NCBI GenBank assembly: GCA_964291655.2
Contig: OZ219802.1
Location: 1,184,001-1,248,000 of the forward strand
Reading direction: 5' to 3'
DNA: 64,000 bases
Origin: Chloroflexota bacterium
Lineage (GTDB): Bacteria > Chloroflexota > UBA11872 > VXOZ01
The stretch's first letter is position 1, and each line of letters starts with the position of its first letter. Both the position numbers and the translations under genes were made by a program. The notes under the pieces are model-generated. The model did not search any database and had not been told where the DNA came from. It saw only the letters and a program-made list of their open reading frames with translations. Shown here in pieces: positions 1-9,066 of the stretch.

Positions 1-2
1 GC

Positions 3-659
3 GGCCAACTCACCGAGGCGGTGCGACGGCGCAGCTACTCGGTGGTGCTCCTGGACGAGATCGAAAAGGCCCACCCTGACGTCTTCAACGTGCTGCTCCA
101 AATCATGGAGGACGGTCGGCTCACCGATGGCAAAGGCCGCACGGTAGACTTCCGCAACACTATCCTCATCATGACCTCCAATGTTGGCGCGCATCTCATC
201 AAACGCGACGCCGCCGTCGGCTTCCGGCTGGAGGCCAACGACCTGCGCAATGAGGGACAACTCTACAAAGAGATGCGGGAACGCGTGATGGCGGAAATCA
301 AGAAGACATTCCGGCCTGAATTCCTCAATCGCGTGGATAGCGTGGTGGTGTTCCGTCACCTGTCAAAAGAGGACATTATCAGCATCGTCGATATCCAGCT
401 CGACGAAGTGCGGGCACGCCTCACGGAGCAAGAGATTACGTTGGAAGTGACCGACGAGGCCAAAGAACTGCTGGTGGAACAGGGCTACGACCCAGATAAC
501 GGAGCGCGGCCGCTCCGGCGCGTAATTCAAAATTTGATTGAAAATGAACTCGCGGAAGGACTGCTGGCGGACAACTTCCACGCGGGCGATACGGTCGTGA
601 TTGACCGCGAAGGTGAAGAACTGCGCTTGGAAGTGCGCATGCTTGTGGAACAAACGTAG
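3..659 (+). CDS. clpC: ATP-dependent Clp protease ATP-binding subunit ClpC, C-terminal part (truncated by window edge)
   Basis: Second AAA module motifs VVLLDEIEKAHPDVFN, DGRLTDGKGRTVDFRNT, FRPEFLNR and GARPLRR; adjacent to radA. Confidence 0.9.
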   Translation, partial: GQLTEAVRRRSYSVVLLDEIEKAHPDVFNVLLQIMEDGRLTDGKGRTVDFRNTILIMTSNVGAHLIKRDAAVGFRLEANDLRNEGQLYKEMRERVMAEIKKTFRPEFLNRVDSVVVFRHLSKEDIISIVDIQLDEVRARLTEQEITLEVTDEAKELLVEQGYDPDNGARPLRRVIQNLIENELAEGLLADNFHAGDTVVIDREGEELRLEVRMLVEQT

Positions 660-841
660 TCCGACCGTACAATCTTCCTTTGCACGAACAATAAGCAGCC
701 CGGCGCAAGCTGGGCTGTTGGCGTTAAGCCGGCTGGGAGTGTGGCGGGGCCGCTTTCGCTACAATATATGAGACGGCAGAAGCAGAGGTGGGCATGGAGC
801 CTGCCGGCGCACAGAAGTAAGATTCCAGAATAGGGCAGCCG

Positions 842-2287
842 GTGAGCAAGACCAAGAGCGTGTACGTCTGTCAGCAGTGCAGCTACGAATCCCCAAAGTG
901 GGCGGGACAATGTCCTTCCTGCCAAAGCTGGAATAGCCTGGTGGAAAGCGTGCAGCGCGAGGGCAGGGCGGGCACTGCACGTTCAAGGCGCCGCCCGTCT
1001 GCTGGCACACCGCAGGCACAAAAGCTGCAGGACATTCCTCCCAGCGACCTCATCCGCATTCCGGTACCGATCGGCGAACTCCACCGGGTCCTGGGCGGCG
1101 GGCTGGTACCGGGGAGCGCCGTGCTCCTCTCCGGGGACCCGGGGATAGGGAAGTCCACGCTCTTGCTGCAGTTTGCGCTCGCATTGGCGCACGCCGACCG
1201 GCCGGTGCTCTATGTATCCGGTGAAGAGAGCGCGGCGCAGATTCGCCTGCGGGCGACGCGGCTCGGTCTCGACCCGCAGGAGCTCTACGTACTTGCCGAA
1301 ATCGGCCTTGCGGACATACTGGATTCTATCGCTGACGTGCGGCCCGGTCTCGTCATCATTGATTCGATTCAGACTCTGGTCAGCGCGGAGCTCACCGGCG
1401 TACCGGGCAGCATCGGTCAGGTGCGGGAGTGCGCCTCCCAGTTGGTCGCCTTGGCAAAGCAGACTGGGATTACGCTCTTCTTGGTCGGTCACGTAACCAA
1501 GGAAGGCAACGTGGCCGGACCGAAGACGCTGGAGCACATGGTGGACACGGTGCTCGCGTTGGCCGGCGACCAGCACCACAACTACCGGATTCTCAAGGCG
1601 ACCAAGAACCGCTTCGGGTCTACGAACGAAGTAGGCATCTTCGCCATGCAGGAGCGGGGGTTGGTGGAAGTGCCCAACCCCTCGGCAGCCTTCCTGGCTG
1701 AGCGGGAGCCGATTCCGGGGTCTGCCGTCGCCGTGCCGCTGGAGGGTTCGCGGCCGCTCCTCGTCGAGGTGCAAGCGCTCGTAACGTACAGTCCGCTGGC
1801 GGTGCCGCGCCGCATGGCGAACGGCTTCGACCAGAGCCGTCTGCACATGCTGATTGCGGTGCTCACCAAGCGGGCGGGCCTGCGCTTGGTCGATCAGGAT
1901 GTCTACGTAAACGTAGTCGGCGGCCTGGAGTTGGATGAACCCGCCGTAGATATTGCCGTCTGCTTGGCAATTGCCTCCAGCGTCGCAGACGTGGCGCTGC
2001 CGGGCGATCTGGTTTCAATTGGTGAAGTGGGGCTGGCCGGTGAATTACGCAGTGTCTTCAAGCTGGAAGAACGTGTACTCGAGGCGACGCGTCGCGGCTA
2101 CAACCGGGCCCTGCTGCCGCGCGCGAGCAAGCTTGGCGCGCTTGGTGATGCTCGCCCCGACCTCTCTCGCGCGGAGAGCGTGCGGCAGGCAATTCGCCTT
2201 GCGCTGAGCAAGACGCCGCCGCAGGGCCGCGCAGGTAAGAGTGGGGGTGCGCGCGAAGGCACGGAAGAGGCCGCTGCCCACCGGTAA
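842..2287 (+). CDS. radA: DNA repair protein RadA/Sms
   Basis: C4 zinc finger CQQC..CPSC, Walker A GDPGIGKST, KNRFG motif, Lon-like C-terminal domain. Confidence 0.96.
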   Translation: MSKTKSVYVCQQCSYESPKWAGQCPSCQSWNSLVESVQREGRAGTARSRRRPSAGTPQAQKLQDIPPSDLIRIPVPIGELHRVLGGGLVPGSAVLLSGDPGIGKSTLLLQFALALAHADRPVLYVSGEESAAQIRLRATRLGLDPQELYVLAEIGLADILDSIADVRPGLVIIDSIQTLVSAELTGVPGSIGQVRECASQLVALAKQTGITLFLVGHVTKEGNVAGPKTLEHMVDTVLALAGDQHHNYRILKATKNRFGSTNEVGIFAMQERGLVEVPNPSAAFLAEREPIPGSAVAVPLEGSRPLLVEVQALVTYSPLAVPRRMANGFDQSRLHMLIAVLTKRAGLRLVDQDVYVNVVGGLELDEPAVDIAVCLAIASSVADVALPGDLVSIGEVGLAGELRSVFKLEERVLEATRRGYNRALLPRASKLGALGDARPDLSRAESVRQAIRLALSKTPPQGRAGKSGGAREGTEEAAAHR

Positions 2288-2324
2288 TAAAGTGAGAGCT
2301 CAAGGTTCAATGTGAGCGCAAGCT

Positions 2325-2390
2325 AAGCCGCGCACTCTAGCGAAGCCGCGCACTTAGCGAAGCTGGGCATACTAGCGGAACTGGGCTTAC
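2325..2390. repeat. Degenerate 17-18 bp tandem repeat, about 4 units
   Basis: aagccgcgcactctagcg / aagccgcgcacttagcg / aagctgggcatactagcg / gaactgggcttac. Confidence 0.55.
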
Positions 2391-2391
2391 T

Positions 2392-2419
2392 TGTCATTTC
2401 GAGCGCAGCGAGAAATCTA
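2392..2419. repeat. REP-like palindrome of the TGTCATTYCGAGCG..AGCGAGRAATCT family
   Basis: tgtcatttcgagcgcagcgagaaatct; related copies near 2631, 2718-2760, 42029, 42095-42144 and 42377-42404. Confidence 0.8.
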
Positions 2420-2554
2420 AGGCGCTCGACTGCATTAGCTCTGCCAACGTATTTTCTAACGTCGGAACGTTTGCTGCTCTGGGCAGAGCTAGCTTCCCGC
2501 TTGAGTTGGTGTACAGATGGTGTCAAACAGATGGATTCCCGATTTCGCGGGAAT

Positions 2555-2821
2555 TGTAAATGTCAGGTAATTCGTTGACAGATTTGGTAGAAGAAACATG
2601 GGAGCAGAACTCTGTGCTCGCCTACATACATGTCAATCCGAACGGAGCGTAGCGGAGTGTCGCTCTTAGCGCGGAATCTAGAGTGCTGAGGCCGTGAAAG
2701 TGTGTTGAGCAGGGACCCTAGATTCCGCGAACCCTGTTCGACGCTCCGCTCGGAATGACATGCACCGTCAACTCCTCAGAATGGAAAGCGAATTCTGTCA
2801 ACGAATTACTCAACACTTGCA
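2555..2821. mobile_element. MITE-like non-autonomous element, copy 1, inserted in a REP palindrome
   Basis: Ends tgtaaatgtcaggtaattcgttgacaga and tctgtcaacgaattactcaacacttgca; flanks GGAAT/GGAAA (degenerate 5-bp duplication); same ends as 41968-42221. Confidence 0.75.
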
Positions 2822-2928
2822 GGAAAGACTCACAGGCTTGAATGCTATTGTCATAGCAAATACGATCTATCTTCCGAGCGTGCAATGCAACGTAGCCGAC
2901 GTTTTCGCGCCGGAGGGGGCCCGGGCTC

Positions 2929-3633
2929 GTGACTGATACCAGCCTGGCAGCAATCATCGTCGGCGGCGGCCGCAGCAGCCGCATGCAAGGGAGCGACAAG
3001 CTCTACGCCTCCATTGGCGGGCGACCGGTGATTGCCGCGACCGTGGAAGTCTTCGAGTCGGCTGCGGTGGTCGACACCATCGTACTGGTCGTGGCGGCCG
3101 ACCGTGTCGCGCACTGCCGAAAGCTCGTCCACGAGCGAGGCTGGAGCAAGGTCAAGACTGTGTGCACGGGCGGAGCGAGCCGCAGCCATTCGGTAGCCAA
3201 CGGTCTGCACGCGCTGCAAGAAACACCGGCGGCATACGTAGCCGTACACGACGCAGCGCGTCCTCTTGTAACCTCGGAACTCATTGCGCGCGGCCTGAGC
3301 GCAGCGCAGCAGCACGGTGCGGCGGTTCCAGGGATACTCTGCGCCGATACCATCAGGCGCGTCGACGAGCAAGATCAATCCCGCGAGACGCTCCCGCGCA
3401 ACGCCTTGCGTGCCGTACAAACGCCACAGGTCTTCGCGCGCGATTTACTCGAACGGGCGTACGCAGAACAAGAGGCGAACTTGGGTTCATTCACCGATGA
3501 TGCGGCGGTGGTGGAGTCTATGGGCGCGCCCGTCCATGTGGTGCCGGGGGACTATGGTAACATGAAAATCACCACGCCGACGGACTTGGCATTCGCCAAA
3601 TGGCTGGTGCAACGGAGCGATGGAGAAGCCTAA
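2929..3633 (+). CDS. ispD: 2-C-methyl-D-erythritol 4-phosphate cytidylyltransferase
   Basis: GGGRSSRM..DK, VHDAARP, QTPQVF, TDDA and NMKITTPTDL motifs. Confidence 0.95.
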   Translation: MTDTSLAAIIVGGGRSSRMQGSDKLYASIGGRPVIAATVEVFESAAVVDTIVLVVAADRVAHCRKLVHERGWSKVKTVCTGGASRSHSVANGLHALQETPAAYVAVHDAARPLVTSELIARGLSAAQQHGAAVPGILCADTIRRVDEQDQSRETLPRNALRAVQTPQVFARDLLERAYAEQEANLGSFTDDAAVVESMGAPVHVVPGDYGNMKITTPTDLAFAKWLVQRSDGEA

Positions 3634-4223
3634 TGGAGGCCGGGCAGACGGAAACGGCGCCTGCCGAACGGAATGAGAGTGAGGCGACTACTCGCGCACC
3701 GGTAATCCCACCGCTTCGCATCGGCGTTGGCTACGACGTTCACCGTCTTGTGCCCGCTCGTCCGCTCGTGCTGGGAGGCGTGCGTGTGGCGCACGAACCG
3801 GGTCTCGCGGGACATTCGGACGCCGACGTATTGGTGCATGCGATCATGGATGCGCTGCTCGGCGCGGCGGGACTGCCCGACATCGGTCGTCAATTCCCCG
3901 CGGACGATCCGCAGTACCAGGACGCTGATAGCTTGCAATTGTTGGATGACGTGCGTAAGCTACTGACTGAACAACAATGGCGTGTCGTCAACGTAGATAG
4001 TACAATCTTGGCACAAGCACCTAGGCTCGCAAGCTATATCCCTGAGATGCAATCAAACATTGCCGGGACGCTGGGTGTCGAAACAGTGAACATAGGTATC
4101 AAAGCCACTACCACAGAAGGACTTGACGCCATCGGTGCCGGCCACGGCATCGCGGCGCATGCCGTGGCGCTCCTTATGCACGACCCATCGCTACAAGACT
4201 GCGCGTGTATCTCGCCCCGCTAG
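3633..4223 (+). CDS. ispF: 2-C-methyl-D-erythritol 2,4-cyclodiphosphate synthase
   Basis: RIGVGYDVHRL, GHSDADVLVHA, DIG and KATTTEGL motifs; ATG overlaps the ispD stop (start uncertain). Confidence 0.95.
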   Translation: MEAGQTETAPAERNESEATTRAPVIPPLRIGVGYDVHRLVPARPLVLGGVRVAHEPGLAGHSDADVLVHAIMDALLGAAGLPDIGRQFPADDPQYQDADSLQLLDDVRKLLTEQQWRVVNVDSTILAQAPRLASYIPEMQSNIAGTLGVETVNIGIKATTTEGLDAIGAGHGIAAHAVALLMHDPSLQDCACISPR

Positions 4224-4314
4224 GGGCTTTTGGCGATCGCGCACGGGCGTCAAGCTCAGTCTGCGCGGTCCAATGTTCACTGATGCGCAGTGTTGAGACG
4301 AGGGGATTTTTCTC

Positions 4315-5004
4315 ATGAGCATTCTCCGTGCGCTGCGGCAGGACATTCGTGTGACGCTCGAGCGTGACCCTGCCGCGCGCAACGTAATCGAAATCATTTT
4401 GGCCTATCCAGGCGTGCACGCTATCTGGTTCTATCGCCTTACCCACGCGCTGTGGCAATTGGACGTGCCGGTCGTGCCGCGTTTTATCTCCCATATCGCT
4501 CGCTTTCTCACCGGCATTGAGATTCATCCGGCGGCACAGCTCGGCCCGGGCCTCTTCATCGATCACGGCATGGGCGTCGTGATTGGCGAGACCGCGAAGA
4601 TTGGTGAAAATGTCACTCTCTATCAGGGCGTCACCCTGGGTGCGCAGACGCTGCATACCGGCAAGCGCCATCCCACCTTGGGCAACAACGTTGTGGTTGG
4701 CGCGGGAGCGAAGGTCCTAGGGCCGGTGACAATTGGCGAAGACTGCGTCATTGGCGCGGGGGCCGTTGTCCTCAATGACGTGCCGCCCCATGCCACCGTG
4801 GTGGGCGTGCCGGGTCACGTGGTGGCGATGCGCGATCCCCACACAGGCGAGAGCGCGCGAGTGGTACAGCCCGATCCCATGGCCGAAGCGCTCTACGCCC
4901 TGCAGAAACGCGTCGTAGACTTGGAGGCGCGGCTAGCGCGCTTTGAGAATGGTGGAGCGCCGGCAGAGCATGAAGAGTCGCTGGAGAGATGCCGTGACGC
5001 TTAG
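4315..5004 (+). CDS. cysE: Serine O-acetyltransferase
   Basis: [35 protein letters not shown] and KRHPTLG motifs. Confidence 0.96.
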   Translation: MSILRALRQDIRVTLERDPAARNVIEIILAYPGVHAIWFYRLTHALWQLDVPVVPRFISHIARFLTGIEIHPAAQLGPGLFIDHGMGVVIGETAKIGENVTLYQGVTLGAQTLHTGKRHPTLGNNVVVGAGAKVLGPVTIGEDCVIGAGAVVLNDVPPHATVVGVPGHVVAMRDPHTGESARVVQPDPMAEALYALQKRVVDLEARLARFENGGAPAEHEESLERCRDA

Positions 5005-6409
5005 CATTTCCAATACCCTCGGCGGCCAAAGAGAGCCGTTCGCGCCCCTCGACGGCAAGAACGTCAAGATGTACGTGTGCGGTATGACGCCCAAGCGCGA
5101 GCCGCACATCGGCCATGCGCGGCTCTTTGTCGCTATGGACATGATTCGACGCTACCTTGCCTACCAAGGCTACGAAGTCCAGCACGTCCAAAACATCACC
5201 GACGTCGACGATAAGATTATTGCGGCGGCGGAACGCGAAGGCGTGACGCCGGATGAAGTAGCGCAAATGTATACGGACGCCTATGACGCGGTGATGGGCA
5301 ACCTGAACGTGCTGCGGGCCCATGAGTTTCCCAAGGTTACCAAGACCTTGCCGCAGATCATCGCTATGATCGAGGGACTGATTGAGAAAGGGGCAGCGTA
5401 CGCGGCCGAAGAGGCGGTGTATTTCTCGGTCCCGGGCTTTGCGGAATACGGCGCGCTTTCCACGCGTACCGAAGAGAGCGGTATCCAGGCCGGCGCTTCC
5501 GGACGCGTGGATGATGAGCCGGGCAAGCGCGACCCCCGTGACTTTGCTCTGTGGAAGCCGGCGAAACCCGGCGAACCCTGGTGGCAGAGCCCGTGGGGCC
5601 AGGGTAGGCCCGGTTGGCACATCGAGTGCAGCACGATGATCTATGAGACGCTCGGCGAGCAAATCGACATACACGGCGGCGGCGCCGACCTCATCTTCCC
5701 CCACCACGAGAATGAGATCGCGCAGAGTGAAGCTTTTACGGAGAGAGTCCCGTTCACCAAGTACTGGCTCCATACCGGTCTGCTGACGATCAACGGCCAG
5801 AAAATGGCGCATTCGCTCGGCAACTTCATCACGATCGAGGACATTCTCAAAGAGTACAGCGGGCCGGTGCTGCGGCTCTACCTGCTCTCCGTACACTACC
5901 GTTCGCCCCTCACCTATTCACCGGACAGCCTCGATCAAGCGCGGTCCGGCATGGCGCGCTTGACCGGCGCGTTGCGTGTGCAAGCCGGGGGCAGCGGCAG
6001 CACCGATGCCGCACTAAGCCAGGCAACGCAGCAGGCCGAGACCGGCTTCTTTGCCGCCATGGACGGCGACTTCAACTCCGCCGGTGCGTTGGGGCAACTC
6101 TACGAACTCGTGCGCGAGATCAACCGTTTGGGGGCTGAGGCGCGGCCGTCCACCTTGCAGGCCGCTCAGGAGACGCTGGTGAACTTGGCCGATATCTTGG
6201 GTATTGACTTGCAGGAGATGCTGGAAGCGGAAATGGCGACCGGTGACGGCGACGCCGCCGGGTTCATTGACCTGCTTGTGGAGTTGCGTTCCGACCTGCG
6301 CCAGGAAAAGCAATTCGCGCTGGCGGACAAAGTGCGGGATGAGTTGGCAGCACTGGGAATTGCGCTAGAAGATTCGTCTAGCGGCACAGAGTGGCGACGC
6401 AAGAACTAG
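4994..6409 (+). CDS. cysS: Cysteine--tRNA ligase
   Basis: HIGH motif, [43 protein letters not shown]; GTG start after GGAGAG inferred. Confidence 0.94.
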   Translation: MTLSISNTLGGQREPFAPLDGKNVKMYVCGMTPKREPHIGHARLFVAMDMIRRYLAYQGYEVQHVQNITDVDDKIIAAAEREGVTPDEVAQMYTDAYDAVMGNLNVLRAHEFPKVTKTLPQIIAMIEGLIEKGAAYAAEEAVYFSVPGFAEYGALSTRTEESGIQAGASGRVDDEPGKRDPRDFALWKPAKPGEPWWQSPWGQGRPGWHIECSTMIYETLGEQIDIHGGGADLIFPHHENEIAQSEAFTERVPFTKYWLHTGLLTINGQKMAHSLGNFITIEDILKEYSGPVLRLYLLSVHYRSPLTYSPDSLDQARSGMARLTGALRVQAGGSGSTDAALSQATQQAETGFFAAMDGDFNSAGALGQLYELVREINRLGAEARPSTLQAAQETLVNLADILGIDLQEMLEAEMATGDGDAAGFIDLLVELRSDLRQEKQFALADKVRDELAALGIALEDSSSGTEWRRKN

Positions 6410-6509
6410 CCTGGACGACGTGCCCCGACTGCGTTCTCACCCAATGTGGGCAAAACTCGAGGAAGCCGTACGTCGTCTTATTTTGCGCAGGGTCTGTTCG
6501 CTCGCGGAA

Positions 6510-6983
6510 GACCGGAGCGGGGGACAAGCCCCCGCGCTACATGGCCGGAGCGACCTCCGGTAGGTGCAGGTTTGCAACCTGCACGCGCCAAATTGGTTGC
6601 CTAGCCCGTCCGATCACGGCCCAATTTGGCAACACACACGCTGACCTGGCGGTAGACAAGCCCCCGCGTTACGCTCTGACTAGCCGCCCTCCGCGCCAAT
6701 CCCAGCCACCGTTCGCGCTTTGGGTTGCGCAAAGCACCTGTCGAAGCATAATCGGCATGTGCCTGATCGACCGGAGCGGGGGACAAGCCCCCGCGCTACA
6801 TGGCCGGAGCGACCTCCGGTAGGTGCAGGTTTGCAACCTGCACGCGGCGCATGGGTAGCTTTGGCCGAGCGATCGCGAACCAATTTGGCAACACACACGC
6901 TGACCTGGCGGGGGATAAGCCCCCGCGCTACGTTCAAACAACAGGGCATCATGTGCTTAGGACTTTGCCGTTCGCGCTGAGCT
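6510..6983. repeat. Mosaic of GTAG-type REP palindromes in two ~259-bp direct units (BIME-like)
   Basis: gcgggggacaagcccccgcgctac x4 (some degenerate), gtaggtgcaggtttgcaacctgcac x2, ccgttcgcgct..tgtcgaagc x2; units start at 6510 and 6769. Confidence 0.9.
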
Positions 6984-7012
6984 TGTCGAAGCGCAAGTGG
7001 CGGCCTCTGGGC

Positions 7013-8530
7013 TCAGGGCCCAGGTTCGTCACTCTCTTCCTCAAAGATGTGCTGGATACTCTCGCCAAAGTCTCGCGCTTCGTCGTCGTACGTTGCAAAG
7101 GGATTCGGCATTTCCAGCACCCGGCCGTGGGCGGCGATGGCTTTCCAGTCCAGCACGTAGGGTATGACTTCCCAGCTATTGTTGGCGGCCACGTCCTCCC
7201 AGTCGTCCACGTAGTCATAGGCGAGAAAGAAATAGCGCCGATCCCACATGAGGTTCTCCAAATTTGACCTCAGGTCCTGCCACGGTATGGCCGTATCGGC
7301 CCCGGCGGCGGCCAGCGCGCGCAACGCCAGACTCCGCCCGTGGGCGCGCGTGTCGATTGGCGCTTGCGTCTCGGCCGTATAGACGGCGTCGCCTTCCGCC
7401 CAATAGAGATTCCGGTGCAGTTTGGCCAGCACGTCGAAGAGACTGATCGACGGGTCAATTTGGTGATAGGAAAGATCGAGTTTTATCAGGTCAGGGTCGG
7501 TCCAGGCCTGGTCGCTGCCGGCATAGCGCTTGATTTGCTCATGCTTCGTAACCCAATCCAAATAGCCATCGAGCCGCGCCGGGTCTCGCTCAAGTTCGTC
7601 CAGCACCCACGCCCAATTTTCCAGAGTCCATTCCGTATCCGCGTCGCGCCCTACAAAGCGCCGCTCGGCCTCACGCAGATAGCCTCGCTGCACCTCAATG
7701 GCGGGGATGTACTCGTCGTTATCGGTTCCCACCGTCCAACGGCCGCCGGTGGTCGCGGCAATGCGGCGGAGGTCGCGCACGGGATCAGCGAGAACAAGCT
7801 GCGGGCTCCAGCCCTGCTCGAGCAACTGAGCAACCAGCGCGGTTGTGCCAATCTTCAGCGCCGTCGTGTACTCCGAACGATTTACGTCGCCGACGATGAC
7901 GTGCAACCGGCGGTACGTGCGCTCCGCCAGTGGCTCGTCCCGCAGATTGATGATGGGCCGGCCGCCAAAGCGCACGCGATGGCTTACATCGATGGTTACG
8001 AATTGCGCCCGCTGGGAGAGGGCAAAAGCAGCCGGGGTATCGTCGCCGCGGGGCAGCAGGCAGCCGGCTCCCGTGTAGATCTGGCGGGTAACGAGAAACG
8101 GGAGCATGCCATCGACAAAGTCGCTATCGTACGGACTCTGCCGGATGCAATAATTCTCATGGTAGCCGAACGTATGGCCGAAATAGTCCGTGTTGTTCTT
8201 GACGAAGTAGGCCTGTGACTGCAGCTCGGCGGCTTTCACGGCTTGGTTGATAATGGTCTCGCCCGCTCGCTCATGGGCGACGATGTCGGTCAGCGTGCGG
8301 CACTCAGCCGTAGCATGTTCCAGGTGACCGAGGTCCAGGTACATACGTCCGCCATTGAACAGAAAGCCGCCGTTTCCCGGCACCTCGCCCCATTCGCGGG
8401 GAGGCGGGTCTATCAGACCGTGTCGACACCCGCGAAAGATAGCATCCTTCACCAGCAGGGCAGCGCGCACAGGCTGCATACTGCCTACACAGCCGTATTC
8501 TATTTCGGTGCCGAACAGAGCATCTTCCAT
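7013..8530 (-). CDS. pafA: Pup ligase (PafA-family) homolog
   Basis: FGTEIEYG, FLFNGGRMYLDLGHLEHATAEC, KNNTD..GYHENY, SQRA, RDEPLA..YRRLHVIVGD and DLSYH motifs; the ATAEC segment is PafA-like rather than Dop-like. Confidence 0.82.
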   Translation of the reverse strand: MEDALFGTEIEYGCVGSMQPVRAALLVKDAIFRGCRHGLIDPPPREWGEVPGNGGFLFNGGRMYLDLGHLEHATAECRTLTDIVAHERAGETIINQAVKAAELQSQAYFVKNNTDYFGHTFGYHENYCIRQSPYDSDFVDGMLPFLVTRQIYTGAGCLLPRGDDTPAAFALSQRAQFVTIDVSHRVRFGGRPIINLRDEPLAERTYRRLHVIVGDVNRSEYTTALKIGTTALVAQLLEQGWSPQLVLADPVRDLRRIAATTGGRWTVGTDNDEYIPAIEVQRGYLREAERRFVGRDADTEWTLENWAWVLDELERDPARLDGYLDWVTKHEQIKRYAGSDQAWTDPDLIKLDLSYHQIDPSISLFDVLAKLHRNLYWAEGDAVYTAETQAPIDTRAHGRSLALRALAAAGADTAIPWQDLRSNLENLMWDRRYFFLAYDYVDDWEDVAANNSWEVIPYVLDWKAIAAHGRVLEMPNPFATYDDEARDFGESIQHIFEEESDEPGP

Positions 8531-8841
8531 GCTGCGTATTCCAATGTGGCGTGGGCTTAGCCGGACGAGTGCGGCGCTAGTTTTCCGCGTGCGATTGTAA
8601 TGGACATTCTGACCTAGCGGACAATGTAAACTCAGGCGACCTACTTTTCACGGGAGTTCATGGAGAAAGGCCGAACGGCTACCGGACCATGCGGAAGTAG
8701 ATACATGTGGCAAGAGCGTTCGATTGTTCGCCGGCCTCTCAATAAAGATTGCCATTAGCGTGGGGTTCACGGGGGGATAATTCGAACTTAACCGAGAGTT
8801 ACTCGACCGGCGCCTCGGATGCTTGGCTTCTCGACCGTTGG

Positions 8842-9066
8842 CTACTCTCCACCAGGCTGCGGTGTGGGGTCGGGCACCTCGCGAATGATGCGCTTGATCT
8901 CTTCGTCAAGATCGTCGGTTTCGGTTTTCTCCGGCGCCTCAGTGGGCGTTTCCGTAGGCGCATCGGCGCCTGCCAAAACAGAACGCGGGCCGCCCCGCAG
9001 CAACCCCTGCCACACTGTAGTGTTGGAGTGTTCTATCTGAAATCCATTCCCAGCATACCACGTCAC
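8842..9066 (-). CDS. Small Pup/UBact-like modifier protein (74 aa) ending in QPGGE
   Basis: AAGGAGG RBS and GTG overlapping the dop stop (GTGA); acidic Pro/Thr-rich sequence; C-terminal GGE-stop; lies between dop and pafA. Confidence 0.8.
   Translation of the reverse strand: MTWYAGNGFQIEHSNTTVWQGLLRGGPRSVLAGADAPTETPTEAPEKTETDDLDEEIKRIIREVPDPTPQPGGE

Noticed and set aside
4772-5896. Long antisense ORFs (also 983-1846, 17751-18743, 31525-32574, 37298-38422, 50046-51005)
   Set aside because: They are shadows of well-supported genes on the opposite strand, as expected in high-GC DNA.
6391-6980. ORFs with repeated GDKPPRY peptides (also 10582-11374)
   Set aside because: These are translations of REP DNA and have no independent coding signal.
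6510-6983. Possible CRISPR array (short palindromic repeats)
   Set aside because: The spacers are themselves repeated and irregular in length, the same motifs are dispersed elsewhere, and no cas genes are present; this fits REP mosaics.
8531-8841. Remnant proteasome gene or small ORF in the gap between the tag and pafA
   Set aside because: Only a 35-codon frame without an RBS or recognisable similarity; the region looks like promoter DNA (TACAATCGCA is shared with the dop upstream region).
8985-9005. Ubiquitin-like LRGG motif inside the Pup-like protein
   Set aside because: It is internal, has no beta-grasp context, and no E1 or JAB genes are nearby; likely coincidence.
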